Positions 48,679 through 58,825 of a DNA stretch of 64,000 nt are shown in pieces. Under the pieces are notes generated by a model. That model saw nothing but the letters and a program-made list of their open reading frames with translations. It did not search any database and was not told where the DNA came from. Source of the DNA: Novosphingobium sp. (GTDB lineage: Bacteria > Pseudomonadota > Alphaproteobacteria > Sphingomonadales > Sphingomonadaceae); the NCBI GenBank assembly GCA_040377095.1, contig JBEIPK010000006.1, positions 13,923 through 77,922 of the forward strand. The letters run 5' to 3'. Made by a program: the position numbers and the translations under genes. The first letter of the stretch is position 1. Each line of letters opens with the position of its first letter.

Positions 48679-48703
48679 AACAGGCCAGCGGGCGCGGTGT
48701 TCC
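48679..48703 (-). promoter_or_regulatory. EcfG/SigT-like promoter
   Basis: Minus strand GGAAC-N16-TGTT, 32 nt upstream of the hemerythrin GTG. Confidence 0.6.
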
Positions 48704-48715
48704 CGAACGGGGCGG

Positions 48716-49489
48716 TCAGGCCACCCACGAATCGGTGAGCAGAGTCGCAACCTCGATATCGTTGAGAAAATCGACCTCGGCCCAGTGCTGACCTGTGTGA
48801 GGACCGGTGCCGAGATCCGCGATGGACAGCGTGCCGACCTTCCCGGTTGCGGCAAGGCTGTCGATCACCTTGAGATACCAGTGCTGCACACCCTCGGGCG
48901 TTCGCATTGCCGCGCGCACGGCCTCGCGGAACAGGCCCGCCCCTTCGCCGCGAAACGCAAGGAACCCGATCGATTCGGCATTGGTCTGGTCCGGCGTCAG
49001 CGTCTTGCCGATGTGGAGCAGCCGGCCGCCCTCATCGCGCTCGACCTTCATGTCGTCGCTGTCGTAGCCGTCCTTGACGTCGACCGTCACAGTGATCGGC
49101 CAGGGCTTGCCATCTCCGCCCCGCTGCACCAGCCGCACGACGTCTTCCGAAACCAGTGTATCGCCGTTCAGAATCAGGAAATCGCCGTCCATCACGTCGC
49201 GCGCGATCCAGCACGAGCCGAGATTGTCGGCCACCTTGTAGAACGGATTGAAGCGCGGCGTGACCGTGACACGCGGATCGCGGATCGATGCCAGATGCTC
49301 GTCGACAAGGTCGGTCATGAAGCCGGTGACGACATCGATCCGCTTCACACCGCCGCGCGCCAGCATCTCGATCTGCCATTCGATCAGCGTGCGTCCCGAA
49401 AAGCCGATCATGCACTTGGGCTGTTCAGCGGTGAGCGGCAACATGCGCGAGCCCTGGCCCGCGCTGAGGAGAATGGCGTGTTCGATCAT
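48716..49489 (-). CDS. LicC-like cytidylyltransferase (NTP transferase; CpgD-like candidate)
   Basis: AILLSAGQGSRMLPLT...PKC, NPFY..ADNL.S.W, LNGD, DDMKV, ESIG, W.EVDF..D. Confidence 0.85.
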   Translation of the reverse strand: MIEHAILLSAGQGSRMLPLTAEQPKCMIGFSGRTLIEWQIEMLARGGVKRIDVVTGFMTDLVDEHLASIRDPRVTVTPRFNPFYKVADNLGSCWIARDVMDGDFLILNGDTLVSEDVVRLVQRGGDGKPWPITVTVDVKDGYDSDDMKVERDEGGRLLHIGKTLTPDQTNAESIGFLAFRGEGAGLFREAVRAAMRTPEGVQHWYLKVIDSLAATGKVGTLSIADLGTGPHTGQHWAEVDFLNDIEVATLLTDSWVA

Positions 49490-49542
49490 GGCGCGGCTTC
49501 TAGGCGCGGATGGTCATCATAATCAACTGATGCGGCAACTGG

Positions 49543-49582
49543 CGCGAAAAGGGGCAGCGGATCGCTCCGCCGCCCCTTCGCG
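49543..49582 (-). terminator. Intrinsic terminator after the TonB-dependent receptor
   Basis: Minus strand AAGGGGCGGCGGA-GCGA-TCCGCTGCCCCTTTT hairpin with U-tract. Confidence 0.7.
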
Positions 49583-49604
49583 TTTGAGGCAGGTTTCAGG
49601 CCGA

Positions 49605-52571
49605 TCAGAACTTGGCCTGGAAGCCTGCATAAAGGCGGCGGCCGAACGGATCGTAGGTATCAGCCGCAGTCTCGGTTCCGGTGACGTTCGAAGAGAAGCC
49701 GCTGGGAAGGAACGGCGGATCGACGTCGAAGATGTTGTCCACGCCGACATAAAACTCGAACCGGTCCTCATCCACCGCAAAGCGCAGCTGCGCATCGTTG
49801 TAGATCTTGGCCTTGACCGAGTTCAGGCGGTCGAGATCGACGTCGTCATAGCCGGCGCGATCATCCTTGATTTTGCCAAGATAGGTGGTCTGCCAAGAGA
49901 GCGTGACCGGTCCGGTCTTGTACGAGAAGCGGCCTGTCGCCTTGTGCTTGAAGCCGGCGCCCAGGCGTCCGCCGTCCGGACCGGAATAGAGCAGGCCTTT
50001 GTTGTCGAACACCGGACTTCCGATAAACGACGTTTTCTCCAACGCGATCAGATAAGTGTAGTTGATGTTCGCGCTGAACGAATCGTTGGCGGTGAGGCCA
50101 AGCGGCGTCGCATAGTTGAGGTTGAAATCAACGCCTTCGGTCTTGACGCTGGCAACGTTCAGGTTCTGGGCATTGATGGTCAGCACCCGGCCATTGCGCG
50201 GATCGCGGATCACGTTGTCGCAGAACTCGGGGAGCCCGCCCTCAAGGCAGTTGGCAATCGACTCGTCGCGCGGAATGATGTCGATCGCATTGTCGATCTT
50301 GATGCGGAAGTAATCGACCGAGAAGCTGAGGCCCCGGATGCTCGGCGGATTGACGACCAGCCCGAGGTTGAGCGTCTTGGCGGTTTCTTCCGTCAGATTG
50401 ACGTTGCCGCCGTCAAAACCGTTGATGCCCTGGATATCGGCAAGGTTATAGAAGAACGTTCCGTCCTCGCTTTCCGCCAGGTTGGCGGCAAAGCCAGGGA
50501 GCGCGCGGCAGGCCGCCGCCTGTGCTGCCGTGGTGTTGCCGGGAGCGGCGCTCGCCGAAACGCCGATGCAGGGATCGTTCACGTCGCCCGGGAACGTCTC
50601 GGACGGCGAGGAGAACAGCTCACCGATATTCGGTGCGCGGTTGGCTTCGGCGTAGGAGGCCCGCAGTTTGACCCCGCGAAACACTTCCCAGTTTGCACCC
50701 ACGTTCCAGCTGAACACCGTGCCGATGTTCGCCTTGACGCTGGTGTTGTCGATCACGCCCTTGCCCGAGTAATCGGAATAACGTGCGGCGGCGGTCAGCT
50801 CGAGGTTGTAGAAGAACGGGGTATCGGCAAGGATCGGCGCACGGATTTCACCGAAAACTTCCTTTGCCGTCACCGTCCCGCGAATATCGGGAATCGCATT
50901 GCCCGAGTTGCCGCCAACGTTGGTCAGCTCGTCAAGGTCGTCGATGCTCTTGTCCTTGCGGTATTCCGCACCGATGGCGATGCCAAGGTCACCGCCCGGC
51001 AGCGAGAAGGGCGATCCGCTGATCGTCGCCGAAAACACGTGCTGCGTGTTGGTGACCTTTTCGGACTTGGGAATGGCTGACTGGACGTAGGCCGATGCTT
51101 CGGGCGAGGCCGTATTGAAACCGAACAGGTTGATCGGAACGCAGCCGTCCGCGCGCGCCGCAGCACTGGCGCAGACGATCTGGCCATTGACCACGGCTGT
51201 GTCGAGCGCATTGCGATAGCGCGCGTTGTCGATGTCCTGACTGCCGGTGAAGTCCTTCATGCGGCCATAGACATAGCTCGCATCGAAGTTCCACTTCTCG
51301 CCGATGTCGCCCTTGATGCCGACGACGCCGCGATAGAAGTCGCGCTCGGCCGTATTGCTGCGGCTGAACACTTCGACCTGGCGGCGACGGAAGCCGAGCG
51401 AGGTGATCGGCGCGTCTGGATTAGCAAGGTTGTACGCGTCGATCTGGGTTCGTACAGCCGTCGGGATGAACGCATTGGTGATTGGGATGCCCTGCCCGTC
51501 GGCGTAGAGGTCCGTATAATCGAGCGGAGTTGCCTCGATCTGCGAGCTGGACTTGACCTTTACGTAAGTGCCCTCAGCATAGAGCTTGATGCCGTCCGAA
51601 ACTTCGAAGTTGGCCAGCACCGTGCCCATGTAACGCTCGACGGGCACCGAAATGCGGCGCTCGCCGTTGCGGTTGAAGCCCGAACCAACAGGGAATCCGG
51701 CGACGACGTCGTTGTTCGGATTGAACGTGAACAGGCTGCCGCCATTGTATCCGTCAACCGGATCACCAGCGGCATCAAGCAGCTGGAAGCGGCCTTGCGC
51801 GGCATAGCTCGAATAGGACGCCGGACCGCATTCGTCAGGCGTGATCGCCAGGAAGCAATCCTGGTCAGAACGGCCGCGCTTGCGCGAGAACAGGCCCTCG
51901 TCGCGGTCGTAGGTAAAATTGGCCATTATGTTGGCGCGGTCGTCGAAGAACGCCTTGCCGCCCGTCACGCTGAGCAGATAGCGCGAGTTGTCGCCCCGGC
52001 TGGTGAGGCCGCCCTGGCCGCGAATCTGCAGCCCGTCGAAGCTGTCGCGCATGATGAAGTTGACGACGCCGGCAATGGCGTCGGAACCGTAGACGGCCGA
52101 CTGGCCGCCCGTCACGATGTCGACCCGCTGAAGCAGATCGGTCGGGATGTTGTTGACATCGACCGCCGAAGTACCGGCAATGCCTGGAACGGAACGGCGG
52201 CCGTTGATCAGCACCAGCGTCCGGCTGTCGCCAAGGTTGCGCAGGTTGATCGTCGCAACGCCGTTCGCACCGGTCAGGAAGTTGGAGTTGGTGCGGCTGG
52301 TGCCGATGCCGACTTGCGGAAGCTCGGCCAGGATGTCCTGAACGTTGGCCGCAGCATCCTGCTGGATGTAATCGCGGCCGAGCACGGCAATCGGGCTTTC
52401 CGATTCGAGCTCGGGACGCGCGATGCGCGAGCCGGTGACGACAATGGCGTCGCCGGCCGAGGCTTCGGCCGCCGTATCCTGCGCAAAGGCAGGCGCGGCG
52501 GACAGGCCCGTGCCGATTGCGAATACCGCAACGCTGGCTTTCAGGGCAAATCGAGTGGTGTTGGCTTTCAC
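49605..52571 (-). CDS. TonB-dependent outer membrane receptor (~988 aa)
   Basis: Signal peptide ending AFAQD, IVVTGSRI TonB box, plug NLRNLG..RTLVLINGRR, SAVYGSDAIAGVVNFI, C-terminal Phe; GAGGGG upstream of GTG 52571. Confidence 0.95.
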   Translation of the reverse strand: MKANTTRFALKASVAVFAIGTGLSAAPAFAQDTAAEASAGDAIVVTGSRIARPELESESPIAVLGRDYIQQDAAANVQDILAELPQVGIGTSRTNSNFLTGANGVATINLRNLGDSRTLVLINGRRSVPGIAGTSAVDVNNIPTDLLQRVDIVTGGQSAVYGSDAIAGVVNFIMRDSFDGLQIRGQGGLTSRGDNSRYLLSVTGGKAFFDDRANIMANFTYDRDEGLFSRKRGRSDQDCFLAITPDECGPASYSSYAAQGRFQLLDAAGDPVDGYNGGSLFTFNPNNDVVAGFPVGSGFNRNGERRISVPVERYMGTVLANFEVSDGIKLYAEGTYVKVKSSSQIEATPLDYTDLYADGQGIPITNAFIPTAVRTQIDAYNLANPDAPITSLGFRRRQVEVFSRSNTAERDFYRGVVGIKGDIGEKWNFDASYVYGRMKDFTGSQDIDNARYRNALDTAVVNGQIVCASAAARADGCVPINLFGFNTASPEASAYVQSAIPKSEKVTNTQHVFSATISGSPFSLPGGDLGIAIGAEYRKDKSIDDLDELTNVGGNSGNAIPDIRGTVTAKEVFGEIRAPILADTPFFYNLELTAAARYSDYSGKGVIDNTSVKANIGTVFSWNVGANWEVFRGVKLRASYAEANRAPNIGELFSSPSETFPGDVNDPCIGVSASAAPGNTTAAQAAACRALPGFAANLAESEDGTFFYNLADIQGINGFDGGNVNLTEETAKTLNLGLVVNPPSIRGLSFSVDYFRIKIDNAIDIIPRDESIANCLEGGLPEFCDNVIRDPRNGRVLTINAQNLNVASVKTEGVDFNLNYATPLGLTANDSFSANINYTYLIALEKTSFIGSPVFDNKGLLYSGPDGGRLGAGFKHKATGRFSYKTGPVTLSWQTTYLGKIKDDRAGYDDVDLDRLNSVKAKIYNDAQLRFAVDEDRFEFYVGVDNIFDVDPPFLPSGFSSNVTGTETAADTYDPFGRRLYAGFQAKF

Positions 52572-52705
52572 GTTAGTGTCCCCTCGTGAAAAAGTGGCAA
52601 AGGCCAGCTTCGGAAAACGTGACGTCAGCGGGTCCATTGGCGACGCACCATGCGCACGCCGGGAACCCGACAGGGTGATGAACGTTTCTAGGGGGAATGC
52701 GTTGC

Positions 52706-52734
52706 TGACAGCAATGTCATTGACACCAATGTCA
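52706..52734. promoter_or_regulatory. Tandem palindromic operator-like sites upstream of the TBDR
   Basis: TGACA-GCAA-TGTCA, T, TGACA-CCAA-TGTCA in an AT-rich intergenic region. Confidence 0.6.
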
Positions 52735-52930
52735 GTCACTTTTTCATGGCGCTGTAACATTACTGCAACAGGTGTCAGTAGTGCTAAATGCTTTGCATCA
52801 ATCATTGATTCAAAAAGAAAATTTGGATTGTCGCCGCAAGATCGTTGCGGCTCGCCCCATCAGCGGTTATTAAGATTCCAGCGACTGGGACCTCTTCCAC
52901 CCGAAAATTTCAGGTGGCGGATAGCCGGAA

Positions 52931-53848
52931 TCAGCGCATCGGCCCGGCAAACAGAAGCGGGTCGAGCCGGGCATCGCGCCACTTGATGCTCCAGTGCAGG
53001 TGCGGCCCCGAGGCACGCCCCGTCATTCCGATACGCCCGATCGGCTGGCCTTGTCTGACGCGATCGCCTTCTTCCACCAGAAGCTCGGAACAATGCAGGA
53101 ATGCGCTGTTGAGGCCCATGCCATGGTCGATCATCAGCAGCCGCCCCTCAAGCGTGAACGGACTTTCCGCCGCGAGGATGACGACCCCGTCGGCCGGCGC
53201 GTTGAAGACCGTTCCGGTTGTCCCGGTGGCGATGTCGAGGCCCGAATGGTAGCTGCCCGGCGTGCCGTTGTAGATGCGCTGCGAGCCGAACAGGCCGGAC
53301 AGGCGCCCGGTCACCGGCCAGGTGAATGCCTGACGCCAGCCCGCCGTGTCGTGGTCAAGTGCGCGAGCAGCCCGGATGCGGGCCAGCTCTGGTGCGCGGC
53401 GACGCGCAAACTCCTCGCTGGGCGCAGAACCGGGCCTTGGCCCGACCGGTACGTGCTCGATCTTCCACTGGCGCGGCGATACGGTCAGATCACGCACCGC
53501 CGTGCTGCCATCGGCGAGCGTGGCGACGAGCTTTGCCGAGGTGCCGGCATCGCGGTCGAACGCGACAAGAAATTCGCCGTCCGCCGCGATTGGCACTGGC
53601 TTGCCATCCAAGGCGAGCTGCGTGGTTCCGGCAGGAGCCGTGCCGCGCAGCCAGCCGCCCTGGGTTGCTTCGCCGGAAAGGGTCATTCTGCCAGCAGCCT
53701 TGGCGCTGGCCGGCAGGGCCGCGGCATCAGCGGCTGCAACGGCCGTCCGCGCGTCGCTCGCATCGGCGCAGCCTGTGCTCGCCATAAGGACCAGAAGGCT
53801 CGCTCCCAAGGTGAAGCCGCACCGGAATACGGGTTCTGCGGCCGTCAC
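52931..53848 (-). CDS. M23 family metallopeptidase
   Basis: HSGLDIA (HxxxD), APADGVV, IDHG.G..S...H, GPHLHW (HxH). Confidence 0.92.
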   Translation of the reverse strand: MTAAEPVFRCGFTLGASLLVLMASTGCADASDARTAVAAADAAALPASAKAAGRMTLSGEATQGGWLRGTAPAGTTQLALDGKPVPIAADGEFLVAFDRDAGTSAKLVATLADGSTAVRDLTVSPRQWKIEHVPVGPRPGSAPSEEFARRRAPELARIRAARALDHDTAGWRQAFTWPVTGRLSGLFGSQRIYNGTPGSYHSGLDIATGTTGTVFNAPADGVVILAAESPFTLEGRLLMIDHGMGLNSAFLHCSELLVEEGDRVRQGQPIGRIGMTGRASGPHLHWSIKWRDARLDPLLFAGPMR

Positions 53849-54048
53849 GCCGCCCCCGTGAGCCGCCGCGTGGCAAGCTCCGCGCTGGCATAAGGCTCCT
53901 GCTGCTCCGCGCTCCAGTACCGGAGCGCCTCGAGCAGGATCGGCTCGCCCGAAACGGCGCAAAGCACGTGGCTCCCCGGCGCGATGACGCGGAAACCGTT
54001 AGGGCCGTAATGAAGCGAGGCGGGCTTGTCCCGTGATGACATCAGCAT
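53845..54048 (-). CDS. DUF2093-family small protein
   Basis: F.V..PG.HV.CAVSG..I.LE.LRYWS.E.QE.Y. Confidence 0.88.
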   Translation of the reverse strand: MLMSSRDKPASLHYGPNGFRVIAPGSHVLCAVSGEPILLEALRYWSAEQQEPYASAELATRRLTGAA

Positions 54049-54074
54049 CGCGGCAATCTAGCAACAATCGAATT

Positions 54075-55550
54075 TCAAAACAAATCCCCCTGAGTTGGAG
54101 GGGGCGATGGAGGCGATGACGCGCCTGATGGCCGCTTCGGCCTAGCTGGCCTTCCGGGAACAGGGGACGCTCCCCCCACCGTGACCTCGCCGTCGGCGAA
54201 ACGCAGGATCAACGTTGATTCTGCTCCGGCCTGGAGGCTCGTCGTCAGCGTATCGCGGTTGCCGTTCATCACGCGCGCGAAACCAAGCGCGAGTGGCTTG
54301 TCGGGATCGAGCTGGGGCAGGAGCCGGCTTATGGCCGCCAGCCGGTCCGCCGCGCGCGCCAGCCGCCCCTCCAGCAAGCCTGCATCGAACCGCGCGGCCG
54401 TGAGCCGCTGGCGCGCCTCGCCAAACTGCCGCCGCAGCATCGGCGCGGAAAGGCGCCCCGCGACCTGACCGAGCTGGCGGGCGCCGGTCCCGGCCCGGTC
54501 AGCAAGCGCGCGGCGTGCGCGCTCTCCTGTATCGTCGAGCCGCTGGGCGTGAGCCGCCAACAAGGCCTCGGGACGGGGCAAGTGCCGCACCCGCGCTTCC
54601 AAGCGCTCACGACCCAGCGTGACAGGACGAGCGACGCAGCGCCGTTTCCGCAAGGCAAGGTCGGCACTCTGCAAGCTGAGGTCGGAGCGCACCGGCACGG
54701 CCATCTCCGCCGCTGCGGTCGGCGTCGGCGCGCGCAGGTCAGCCGCGAAATCGGCAAGCGTCGTGTCGGTCTCGTGCCCCACTGCAGAGATCACCGGGAT
54801 GGTCGAGGCAGCGATCGCGCGCACCACCGCTTCCTCGTTGAACGCCCAGAGATCCTCGATCGATCCGCCGCCGCGTGCCACGATGACGAGATCCGGGCGC
54901 GGCACAGTGCCGCCCGGCGCCAGCGCCGAGAAGCCCGCCACCGCCGCCGCCACCTGATCACCCGCCCCCTGCCCCTGCACCGCGACCGGCCAGACCACAA
55001 CATGCGTCGGGAAACGGTCCTCCAGCCGGTGCAGGATGTCGCGGATCACGGCCCCGGTTGGGGAGGTGACGACGCCGATGACCCGCGGCAGGAAAGGGAT
55101 CGGCCGTTTGCGGGCGCTATCGAACAATCCTTCGGCCTCGAGCCGGGCGCGGGTCTTGGCCAGCAGCGCCAGAAGCGCGCCCTCGCCCGCAATCTCCATG
55201 CGCTCGATGACGATCTGGTAGCTTGAGCGGCCGGGATAGATGGTCAGCCGCCCGGTCGCGATCACTTCGGTCCCGTCCTCGGGCAGGAATGCGAGCCGCT
55301 GGGCGCTTCCCTTCCACATCACGCCGTCGATCCGCGCGCCTTCGTCCTTGAGGCTCAGGTAAAGATGCCCGGAGGCCGCGCGCTTGACGCCCGAAAGCTC
55401 GCCGCGCAGCCTTACGAAGCCGAACCGGTCCTCGACCGTGTGTTTGAGCAGGGCGGAAATCTCGCTGATCGAGAGGGCTGCGGCGTTGTCCCCGGCCTCC
55501 GCCTTCGCTACGAGCCGGTCATTCTCTTCACCGGATTGGGGCAAGTCCAT
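54075..55550 (-). CDS. xseA: Exodeoxyribonuclease VII large subunit
   Basis: [58 protein letters not shown]. Confidence 0.96.
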   Translation of the reverse strand: MDLPQSGEENDRLVAKAEAGDNAAALSISEISALLKHTVEDRFGFVRLRGELSGVKRAASGHLYLSLKDEGARIDGVMWKGSAQRLAFLPEDGTEVIATGRLTIYPGRSSYQIVIERMEIAGEGALLALLAKTRARLEAEGLFDSARKRPIPFLPRVIGVVTSPTGAVIRDILHRLEDRFPTHVVVWPVAVQGQGAGDQVAAAVAGFSALAPGGTVPRPDLVIVARGGGSIEDLWAFNEEAVVRAIAASTIPVISAVGHETDTTLADFAADLRAPTPTAAAEMAVPVRSDLSLQSADLALRKRRCVARPVTLGRERLEARVRHLPRPEALLAAHAQRLDDTGERARRALADRAGTGARQLGQVAGRLSAPMLRRQFGEARQRLTAARFDAGLLEGRLARAADRLAAISRLLPQLDPDKPLALGFARVMNGNRDTLTTSLQAGAESTLILRFADGEVTVGGASPVPGRPARPKRPSGASSPPSPPPTQGDLF

Positions 55551-56850
55551 GAATATCCTGCTGCTGGGGTCGGGCGGGCGCGAACATGCGCTGGCGTGGA
55601 AGCTGGCGCAATCCCGTTTGCTCTCCGGATCGGATGATCGGCTCTATGCTGCGCCGGGCAACCCCGGCATTGCCGAACACGCCGCCCTCGTCCAGCTCGA
55701 TCCCGCCGATCACGCCGCGGTCGTCTCGTTCTGCGAGGCGAGCCGGATCGGCCTCGTCGTAGTCGGGCCCGAAGCGCCGCTGGTCGACGGCCTTGCCGAT
55801 ACGCTGCGCGGCTCAGGGATTGCGGTATTCGGACCCAGCCGCGCCGCCGCCCAGCTTGAAGGCAGCAAGGGCTTCACCAAGGACCTGTGCGAGCGGGCCG
55901 GCATTCCCACCGGCGCCTATGTCCGTGTTGCGAGCGAAGCCGACGGCATGGCGGCGCTGGAGCGATTCGGCGCGCCCGTGGTGGTAAAGGCGGACGGCCT
56001 CGCCGCGGGCAAGGGCGTGACCGTCGCCATGACCTTGCAGGAGGCGAGAGGCGCGATCCGCGAGATTTTCTCCGGCCGGTTCGGATCTGCGGGCGCCGAG
56101 GCCGTGATCGAGGAATTCCTCGAAGGCGAGGAGGCCAGCTTTTTCGCGCTGACCGACGGCACCACGATCCTGCCTTTCGGCAGCGCTCAGGACCACAAGC
56201 GTGTCGGCGACGGCGATACCGGCCCCAACACCGGCGGCATGGGCGCCTACAGCCCCGCGCCGGTCCTGACACCCCTTCTTCAGGGCGAAGCCATCGAGAA
56301 GATTCTCGCCCCCACGGTGCGCACCATGGCGGATGAAGGGATGCCCTATTCAGGCGTGCTCTATGCCGGCCTGATGCTGACAGCCGAGGGGCCAAAGCTG
56401 ATCGAATACAACTGCCGCTTCGGCGATCCCGAATGCCAGGTGCTGATGATGCGGCTGGAAAGCGACCTTGGCGAATTGCTGCTCGCCTGCGCGACTGACA
56501 GCCTCGGAACCTGTCCGCCGCCGCGCTTTTCGCAAGGCACAGCGCTGACCGTGGTAATGGCGGCGAAAGGCTATCCGGATACGCCTGAAAAGGACGGCCT
56601 GATCGAAGGCCTTGCCGAGGCGAACGCCACCGGCGCCAAAGTGTTCCATGCGGGCACGCGGCTTGACGCGGAAGGAGCCTTGCGGGCCGCCGGGGGCCGC
56701 GTTCTCAACGTCACGGCAAGCGCGCCCAGCGTCGCCGAGGCACAGGAGCGCGCCTACCGCGCGGTCGGCGCGCTCTCGGTCGAAAGCGGGTTCTGCCGCC
56801 GCGACATCGGCTGGCGCGAGATCGAGCGCGAGACTTCGCAGCGACGGTAA
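55549..56850 (+). CDS. purD: Phosphoribosylamine-glycine ligase
   Basis: [74 protein letters not shown]. Confidence 0.97.
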   Translation: MNILLLGSGGREHALAWKLAQSRLLSGSDDRLYAAPGNPGIAEHAALVQLDPADHAAVVSFCEASRIGLVVVGPEAPLVDGLADTLRGSGIAVFGPSRAAAQLEGSKGFTKDLCERAGIPTGAYVRVASEADGMAALERFGAPVVVKADGLAAGKGVTVAMTLQEARGAIREIFSGRFGSAGAEAVIEEFLEGEEASFFALTDGTTILPFGSAQDHKRVGDGDTGPNTGGMGAYSPAPVLTPLLQGEAIEKILAPTVRTMADEGMPYSGVLYAGLMLTAEGPKLIEYNCRFGDPECQVLMMRLESDLGELLLACATDSLGTCPPPRFSQGTALTVVMAAKGYPDTPEKDGLIEGLAEANATGAKVFHAGTRLDAEGALRAAGGRVLNVTASAPSVAEAQERAYRAVGALSVESGFCRRDIGWREIERETSQRR

Positions 56851-56936
56851 CCGCGTGTCGCTGGGACAATATTAACCGGTCCTGATGTAACGAGCAGCGG
56901 TTCGCCCGTAGCCGGGCAGTCTGACAGGACACTGCG

Positions 56937-57749
56937 ATGCATCACCGTTCGTGGCTGATCGTTCCGGGCGACAGCGAGCATAGTCTGGCCGAGGCCGTGG
57001 GCACCGGAGCCGACGTCATCGTCGTCGATCTGGAAAGCTCGGTCGAGCTGGCCGCAAAGCCCTCGGCGCGGCAGATGGCGGGGCAGTGGCTTCGCGCGCA
57101 CCGCCGGCAGATCGTCGAGCAGCGGGCCATGAAGCGCTGGGTGCGGATCAACGCGCTCGACAGCGGTCAATGGCGCGAAGACCTGATCGCCGTCATCCCC
57201 TGCGCGCCTGACGGCGTGATCCTGCCGCGATCGGACGGTCCCGGCGCAGTCCGTATGCTCGCCGCCGAACTCTACGAGATCGAGCAGCGCAACCAGATCC
57301 CTCCCGGTCACACGCGCATCCTGCCTATTGCTGGCCAGACGCCCAGAACGTCGATCTCGATCACCGATTACGCCGCCGAGCCGCATCAGCGGCTACTGGG
57401 GCTGACCTGGGGCGCCGACGACCTCTCCGCCGCGCTGGGGGCAACGCGGACGCAGGCCGGGCGAACCGGCTGGACCGATGCGTTCCGTCATGTCCGCACG
57501 CAGACGCTGCTCAGCGCGCATGCCTGCGGCATCATGCCGGTCGAGACGTTCCACGCCGATCCTGCTGATCTCAAGGGCCTGAAGGCCGCAGCCAGCGATG
57601 CCGCGGCCGACGGGTTCGCCGGGATGCTGGCGATCGACCCAGATCAGGTGCCGCTCATCAACGCCGCCTTTACGCCCGAAGACGCCAGCGCGGCCGAGGT
57701 TTCAGCCGAGCCCGAATACGGCCGGATGGCTATTCTGCGGCCGGCGTAG
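56937..57749 (+). CDS. HpcH/CitE-like aldolase/citrate lyase family protein (divergent)
   Basis: RSWL.VPGD, GAD.I..DLE, WVRIN, GLTWGA.DL.A.LGA; several catalytic motifs altered. Confidence 0.8.
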   Translation: MHHRSWLIVPGDSEHSLAEAVGTGADVIVVDLESSVELAAKPSARQMAGQWLRAHRRQIVEQRAMKRWVRINALDSGQWREDLIAVIPCAPDGVILPRSDGPGAVRMLAAELYEIEQRNQIPPGHTRILPIAGQTPRTSISITDYAAEPHQRLLGLTWGADDLSAALGATRTQAGRTGWTDAFRHVRTQTLLSAHACGIMPVETFHADPADLKGLKAAASDAAADGFAGMLAIDPDQVPLINAAFTPEDASAAEVSAEPEYGRMAILRPA

Positions 57750-58056
57750 CGGCTGGCGCGTCCGGCGTTGCGGCCGGCGTTTCCCCTCCGCTTTCCGGGG
57801 CCGAGGCGTCAGCCTCGCCGGAGGAATCGACGCCCGGCGCATCACCCGCCCCCGGCGCCTTGCTACCCGGCACGCCTGAATGCGGCGCCAGCGGCGGCTG
57901 CGAGCGCACGGTATCGAGCGGCAACATCGCATCGCTGATCGAGCCTTCAAGCACCTCGCCTTCCGCCGATCCTTTCGCGCCGTCCTTGCTTTTCTCGCCG
58001 CAGGCCGAAAGCGTCAGCAATGCCAGCGACGCGGCGAGGCCAAGGGTCTTGTTCAT
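57730..58056 (-). CDS. Small lipoprotein
   Basis: Lipobox LSAC; A.GEVL.GSISD.M.PLD...SQ.P; low-complexity tail. Confidence 0.75.
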   Translation of the reverse strand: MNKTLGLAASLALLTLSACGEKSKDGAKGSAEGEVLEGSISDAMLPLDTVRSQPPLAPHSGVPGSKAPGAGDAPGVDSSGEADASAPESGGETPAATPDAPAATPAAE

Positions 58057-58730
58057 TCAGCAGTCTCCGGCGGGCATGGCTTGTCGAGCGCTGCGAGAAA
58101 CTCCGGCGCGCGCGCCAGCAATGCCCGATCCCATGCGTCGCAATCAACCCCGATCCCGAGACGCGCCAGGCTGGTGACGCCGAATTCCTCGATGCCGCAC
58201 GGCACGATGCCGCCGAAGTGGGAGAGATCGGGCGAGAGATTGACCGAAAAGCCATGCATCGTCACCCAGCGGCGAATGCGCACCCCGATCGCGCCGATCT
58301 TGGCTTCGCGCCCGTCGATGTCCACGGTCCAGATGCCGATGCGCCCGGCACGGCGGAAGCTATCCACGCCAAAGTCGGCCAGCGTCTCGATCACCCAGCC
58401 TTCCAGTGCATGGACGAAGCCGCGCACGTCTCGCGCGCGCTTGCGCAGGTCGACAAGGACATATCCCACGCGCTGGCCCGGCCCGTGATAAGTATAACGG
58501 CCGCCCCGCCCCGCCGCGACGACCTCGAATCGAGGATCGAGCAGCTCGCCCGCCGCCGCACTGGTCCCGGCGGTATAGACCGGCGGATGCTCAAGCAGCC
58601 AGACAAGCTCGCGCGCCGTGCCTTCCGCGATAGCCGCATTGCGCGCGGTCATCGCCTCGAGCGCCTCGGTATAGGGCACGAGCGAGATGTCGCGGCGCAG
58701 TTCGATCTCGCCGGGAAGGTCGGGTATCAT
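58053..58730 (-). CDS. lipB: Octanoyltransferase
   Basis: [39 protein letters not shown]. Confidence 0.95.
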   Translation of the reverse strand: MIPDLPGEIELRRDISLVPYTEALEAMTARNAAIAEGTARELVWLLEHPPVYTAGTSAAAGELLDPRFEVVAAGRGGRYTYHGPGQRVGYVLVDLRKRARDVRGFVHALEGWVIETLADFGVDSFRRAGRIGIWTVDIDGREAKIGAIGVRIRRWVTMHGFSVNLSPDLSHFGGIVPCGIEEFGVTSLARLGIGVDCDAWDRALLARAPEFLAALDKPCPPETAE

Positions 58731-58825
58731 GCTGCGTTGCGTGAAGGCAAACGCTGCTGTTATCAAGTGGCTTGGACCCGGGCGGGCGCAACGGCTCCCG
58801 CATCCCGCCGCGAAGGACCCTGAGC

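Noticed and set aside
49248-51080. Long antisense ORFs (610 aa here; also 36615-37994, 43289-44164, 48242-49522)
   Set aside because: Shadow frames of real genes in high-GC DNA, with no recognisable motifs
52572-52805. N-terminal extensions in the ORF track (TBDRs, g15, terminase, POT transporter, divK, purD and others)
   Set aside because: They run through promoters, terminators or neighbouring genes; downstream starts fit SD sites and family N-termini better
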